This document shows positions 60,317-64,000 of a DNA stretch of 64,000 nt, piece after piece (the stretch's first letter is position 1; each line of letters opens with the position of its first letter). The notes under the pieces were generated by a model. That model made no database searches, was not told where the DNA came from, and was given only the letters and a program-made list of their open reading frames with translations. Origin of the DNA: an uncultured bacterium (lineage in GTDB: Bacteria > Krumholzibacteriota > Krumholzibacteriia > Krumholzibacteriales > Krumholzibacteriaceae); NCBI GenBank assembly GCA_963786935.1, contig CAWBAN010000001.1, forward strand, positions 800,001-864,000. The letters are read 5' to 3'. The position numbers and the translations under genes were made by a program.

Positions 60317-60568
60317 ATGCCGACGCACAAATCAGCAGAAAAACGGATGCGCCAGGGCGAACGCAAACGCGTTATCAACAAGGCGAGCCGGACGTCCCTT
60401 CGAAGAGAAATCAAATCGTACCGTGATCTGGAGAACGGCGAGCCTTCGAAGACGAAGTATCCGTCGATCGCCTCGACGATAGATCGCGCCGCCAAGAAGG
60501 GTATCATCCACCCCCGGAAGGCCTCGCGCCTCAAATCGCGCCTTTCGCGGAAAACGGTCAAGGCCTAG
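60317..60568 (+). CDS. rpsT: 30S ribosomal protein S20
   Basis: HKSAEKRMRQ, IDRAAKKGIIH, ASRLKSRL; GGAGGTG RBS. Confidence 0.95.
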   Translation: MPTHKSAEKRMRQGERKRVINKASRTSLRREIKSYRDLENGEPSKTKYPSIASTIDRAAKKGIIHPRKASRLKSRLSRKTVKA

Positions 60569-62268
60569 GGTTTGATCAGCTCCGCGATCCTTTCCACGGC
60601 TTCCCCGAGAGGAATCTCCTCGATCTGACGGGTCGCCCGGCGGAAGAGCTCCACCTTCCCCTCTTTGAGCTTTTTCCCGACGGTCAGGCGGAACGGGATG
60701 CCGACGAGATCGGCATCCTTGAACTTCATTCCCGGGCTCAGATCCCGGTCGTCGAGGAGCGTCTCGATCCCCCGCCTCTCGAACGCCGCCTCGAGCTCCA
60801 ACGCTGCGTTCCGAATGCCCTCGTCGTTCATGTTGACGGCGAGGATGAGGAGCGGCACCGGCGCGATCGAGAGCGGCCAGACGATGCCGTCCGGATCGTG
60901 CAGCTGCTCGATCGCGGCCGCGACCATCCGGGAGATCCCGAACCCGTAACAGCCCATGATGAACGGGTGACTCTTCCCCGTTTCGTCCAGAAACTCGGCG
61001 TGCATCGCCTCGGAGTATTTCGTCCCGAGCTTGAAGATGTGCCCCACCTCGAGGCCGTTCGTCTTCGACATCGCCGCGCCGCACTTCGGGCACCGGTCCC
61101 CCTCGCGCGCCCAGACGAAATCGTCGAATCGCTCGATCGCGAAATCGCGTCCCGCCTGCACGCCCCGCAGGTGCGTATCCGCCGCGTTCCCTCCGACGAT
61201 CATGCTCGCGTACGACTTGACGAGATTGTCGGCGTACACGGGCGTGCCCGGCGGCAAGCCGACGGGGCCCGAGAATCCCACGGGGCCGCCCGTCAGGCTC
61301 TCGATCTCCGCGGGCTCCAGGAAGCGGGTCCCCCGGTCGTCGAAAACCCGGGCAAGCTTCACATCGTTCACCTCGCGGTCCCCCGGAACGAGGACGGCGA
61401 CGGGGCGATCCTTCGAGCGGTAGAGCAGGGTCTTCACGATCTCGCGCGGCGTCACCCCGAGGAATCCGGCAACCTGCTCGACCGTCGTCATCCCCGGCGT
61501 GCTCACGCGCTCGCTCCCCGCGGCCGCCGGCGAGCCCCGGCGCTCCTCGGGCTCGCGCGCCGCCGCCCGCTCCACGTTGACCGCGTACCCGCACGAGCAG
61601 CTCAGGATCGTCGATTCGCCGCTCTGCGCGAGCACGACGAACTCGTGCGATTCGTTGCCTCCGATATACCCGGACTCGGCCTCGACCATCCGGAAGGAAA
61701 GGCCGCAGCGCTCGATGATTCTCCGATAGGCCCGTTCCATGGCCCGGTAGGTCTCGTCGAGCGATTGGTCGCTTTGATGAAAGCTGTACGCGTCCTTCAT
61801 AATGAACTCGCGCGCCCGGACGACCCCGTAGCGGGGCCGGATCTCGTCCCGGAACTTGATGAGGATCTGGTACAGGCACTGGGGGAGGCTCCGGTAGCTC
61901 TTCATGTCGTCACGCGCCACCATCGTGATGACTTCCTCGTGCGTCGGCCCGAGGGCGAAGGTCCGCTGCCTGCCGTCCTGGAGCTTGAAGAGCTCGGGGC
62001 CGAAACTGCCGAGCCTGCCCGATTCCTCGTAGATCTCTATCGGATGCAGCACCGGCATGAGCACTTCCTGGCATCCGATCGCGTTCATCTCCTCCCGCAC
62101 GATCGCCTCGATCCGCGTGAGGACCTTGAACCCGAGCGGCAGGAACGTATAAACGCCGGAGGTGAGCTTGCGGATGAGCCCCGCCCGCAGCATGAGCCGG
62201 TGGCTCGGTATCTCCGCCTCCGCGGGATTCTCCTTGAACGTCGGAATACAGCTTCGTGACCAGCGCAT
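60565..62268 (-). CDS. proS: Proline--tRNA ligase
   Basis: LGPTHEE, KFRDE.RPR, YbaK-like insertion, EVGHIFKLG, GCYGFG. Confidence 0.97.
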   Translation of the reverse strand: MRWSRSCIPTFKENPAEAEIPSHRLMLRAGLIRKLTSGVYTFLPLGFKVLTRIEAIVREEMNAIGCQEVLMPVLHPIEIYEESGRLGSFGPELFKLQDGRQRTFALGPTHEEVITMVARDDMKSYRSLPQCLYQILIKFRDEIRPRYGVVRAREFIMKDAYSFHQSDQSLDETYRAMERAYRRIIERCGLSFRMVEAESGYIGGNESHEFVVLAQSGESTILSCSCGYAVNVERAAAREPEERRGSPAAAGSERVSTPGMTTVEQVAGFLGVTPREIVKTLLYRSKDRPVAVLVPGDREVNDVKLARVFDDRGTRFLEPAEIESLTGGPVGFSGPVGLPPGTPVYADNLVKSYASMIVGGNAADTHLRGVQAGRDFAIERFDDFVWAREGDRCPKCGAAMSKTNGLEVGHIFKLGTKYSEAMHAEFLDETGKSHPFIMGCYGFGISRMVAAAIEQLHDPDGIVWPLSIAPVPLLILAVNMNDEGIRNAALELEAAFERRGIETLLDDRDLSPGMKFKDADLVGIPFRLTVGKKLKEGKVELFRRATRQIEEIPLGEAVERIAELIKP

Positions 62269-62409
62269 GTTCTCCTCTTTCGTATGGCGCCCCGTCGCGG
62301 TTCCGGTCAATACCCGAGCATACTAGCGAAGCGTCGTCCCGAACGCAAGTTTGAAGTGCCCGCGCCGCGCCGGCTGACCCCCCGCGGGAGCCATCTGCAC
62401 CCCGCCGGG

Positions 62410-63999
62410 CTAGAAATTGAAGCCGAGGAAGAAATCGATGTAGGTCGTGCCCGACATTTCATGAAAATCGGTGCGTCGGCAGAAATTCACCCGGACGATC
62501 GGCACGTAGCCGAGGTTCATCTCGACCCCCGCCCCCACGCTCCCGAGCCATTGCGAATCGTAGATGAAGCCCGCCGCGCGCCCGGCGTCGAAGAAGAGCG
62601 CTCCCCGGAACATCGGAAATTCGATCGCGCCGACGGGAAACCGAAGCCGGAGATCGTCGATGAGCGGAAAGCGGATCTCGGTGTTGAAGAGGAGCGTCTT
62701 CGTTCCCGCGTACCGCCGGAAATCGTAGCCCCGCAGATCCCACGCGCCGCCGAGATAGAAGAGCTGCAGATCGCTCCCCCACGCGTTCCGGCTCACGAAC
62801 CGCTGCGCGAAGACGATCCGGTCGGTGAGCGCGAGATAGTGCCGCGCGTCGATATGGGCGGTCGAGCTTTCGTACCGGTCCCCCGAGAGATCCCACGTCT
62901 TGCCGAGCGTCACGTTGACCCGCCTTCCGCTGAGGGGTCCGCCGACGTACCACGAGATGTTGTCGAAGGTGAACGAGAGATAGTTCGACACGAGCAGCCC
63001 GCTCCCGCTCGAGAGGCCGCGAAACGAGATGTCGTCGTCGCGCTGGATGCGCTTGAAAACCGTCGAGAACTCGGCGCGGCTGAACGACGAAAACGGATAG
63101 ATGATGCCGCCGAGCACCCCGTACCGCCGCTCGTACCGGATGATGTCGTACGAGCTTCCGACGTAGCTCGCGAGATGGAACGCCCCGACCGCGTAATTGA
63201 TGCGGCGCGAGAGGTTCACATACGTCACGGCGACATTGAGACGGTCGAAGAAATCATCGAAGCTGTCGGTCGAGCTCCCCGCGAGCACGATCAGCTCATG
63301 GTTGCCGAGCATATCGGTGAAGAAGAGCTGCGCGCCGTTTCCCGTGCTCCCGTAATCGGGATCGAGGGTGAAGGTCGCTCCGATGAGATCGAGCCCGAGC
63401 TTGATCCGGTAGTTTTTCCTGACGATATAGCCCGCGCCCTCCGGCATGCCCGGCTTCCAGCCGGCGGAGGCCGCTTCGGGCGCCGGCTCCGGCTCCGCCG
63501 CCGAAAGGGCCCCCTCGCGCAGGGGCACGCGATAGCACCCGTACGTGCCTTTGCTGTACGAGGCGCAGAGAAACGCATTTCCGCCGTCGCATGGATATGG
63601 ATTGAACGCGCCCCCGAGGACGGCGGTCTGACGATCGAGAACGCCGTCTCGCAGCAGGTAGATGTCGGGAACGCCGCCGCGGTCCGAGGAGAATATGATC
63701 CGCTCGCCGTCCGGAAGCCATCGAGGATCGACGTCGCGCGCGCCGTTCCCCGTGAGAGCCGTGATCTCGCGGGTTTCCGTATCGATCGTGTACAGCGCGG
63801 AGACGTGCTCACGCGCGTCGCCGCAGCGATCGGAACTGAACACGAGCAGATTCCTCGACGGATGCCAGTCCGGAGTCACGTCCTCGTAGTAGTCGTCGGT
63901 GAGCCGCTCGCACGTTTTCTCCTCGAGACGGTACACGAACAGATCCGATTTTCCGAACGCGTCGATCGCCGAGCACGCGACGGCGCGGCCGTCCGGCGA
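62410..63999 (-). CDS. PD40/TolB-like beta-propeller plus Omp85 (BamA/TamA-like) barrel protein, 5' truncated
   Basis: SPDG, PDWHP, PRWLPDG..IFSSDR repeats; LGG...LRGY motif; C-terminal Phe; frame open to the window edge. Confidence 0.85.
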   Translation of the reverse strand, partial: SPDGRAVACSAIDAFGKSDLFVYRLEEKTCERLTDDYYEDVTPDWHPSRNLLVFSSDRCGDAREHVSALYTIDTETREITALTGNGARDVDPRWLPDGERIIFSSDRGGVPDIYLLRDGVLDRQTAVLGGAFNPYPCDGGNAFLCASYSKGTYGCYRVPLREGALSAAEPEPAPEAASAGWKPGMPEGAGYIVRKNYRIKLGLDLIGATFTLDPDYGSTGNGAQLFFTDMLGNHELIVLAGSSTDSFDDFFDRLNVAVTYVNLSRRINYAVGAFHLASYVGSSYDIIRYERRYGVLGGIIYPFSSFSRAEFSTVFKRIQRDDDISFRGLSSGSGLLVSNYLSFTFDNISWYVGGPLSGRRVNVTLGKTWDLSGDRYESSTAHIDARHYLALTDRIVFAQRFVSRNAWGSDLQLFYLGGAWDLRGYDFRRYAGTKTLLFNTEIRFPLIDDLRLRFPVGAIEFPMFRGALFFDAGRAAGFIYDSQWLGSVGAGVEMNLGYVPIVRVNFCRRTDFHEMSGTTYIDFFLGFNF

Positions 64000-64000
64000 A

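Overview
GC-rich bacterial chromosome segment. The T9SS-like C-terminal domain and the 'SWGAIK.LY' tail suggest an FCB-group candidate phylum such as Krumholzibacteriota or Latescibacterota (inference). Most of it is housekeeping: dxs end, nadK, recN, lptE-holA-trx-leuS, apt, rpoS-like sigma, pcm, surE, gpsA, plsY, der, miaA, mutL, mutS, miaB, mtaB, rpsA, ispH, cmk-plsC, hisC, rluB, scpAB, xerD, uvrC, rpsT, proS, plus five tRNAs. I saw no mobile element or CRISPR array. Main points of interest: (1) four sigma-54 -24/-12 promoter matches with upstream IHF-like AT tracts, which point to a dispersed regulon linking a diguanylate cyclase/polysaccharide-export operon, a priming glycosyltransferase with an Arg-rich insert next to a histidine kinase and sigma-54 activator, a degenerate-GGDEF c-di-GMP receptor candidate, and an unannotated small transcript; (2) a ~720-bp gap between genes (27306-28025) with two apparent small transcription units, a structurally locked 15-aa Trp-rich ORF and a ~140-nt rod-shaped RNA behind a consensus sigma-70 promoter; (3) a secreted protein with a short C-terminal sorting-like motif; (4) a recN stop codon inside a tRNA, a frameshifted leuS and a Cys-less TusA-like protein. 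All calls come from reading the sequence by eye; no database searches were run.
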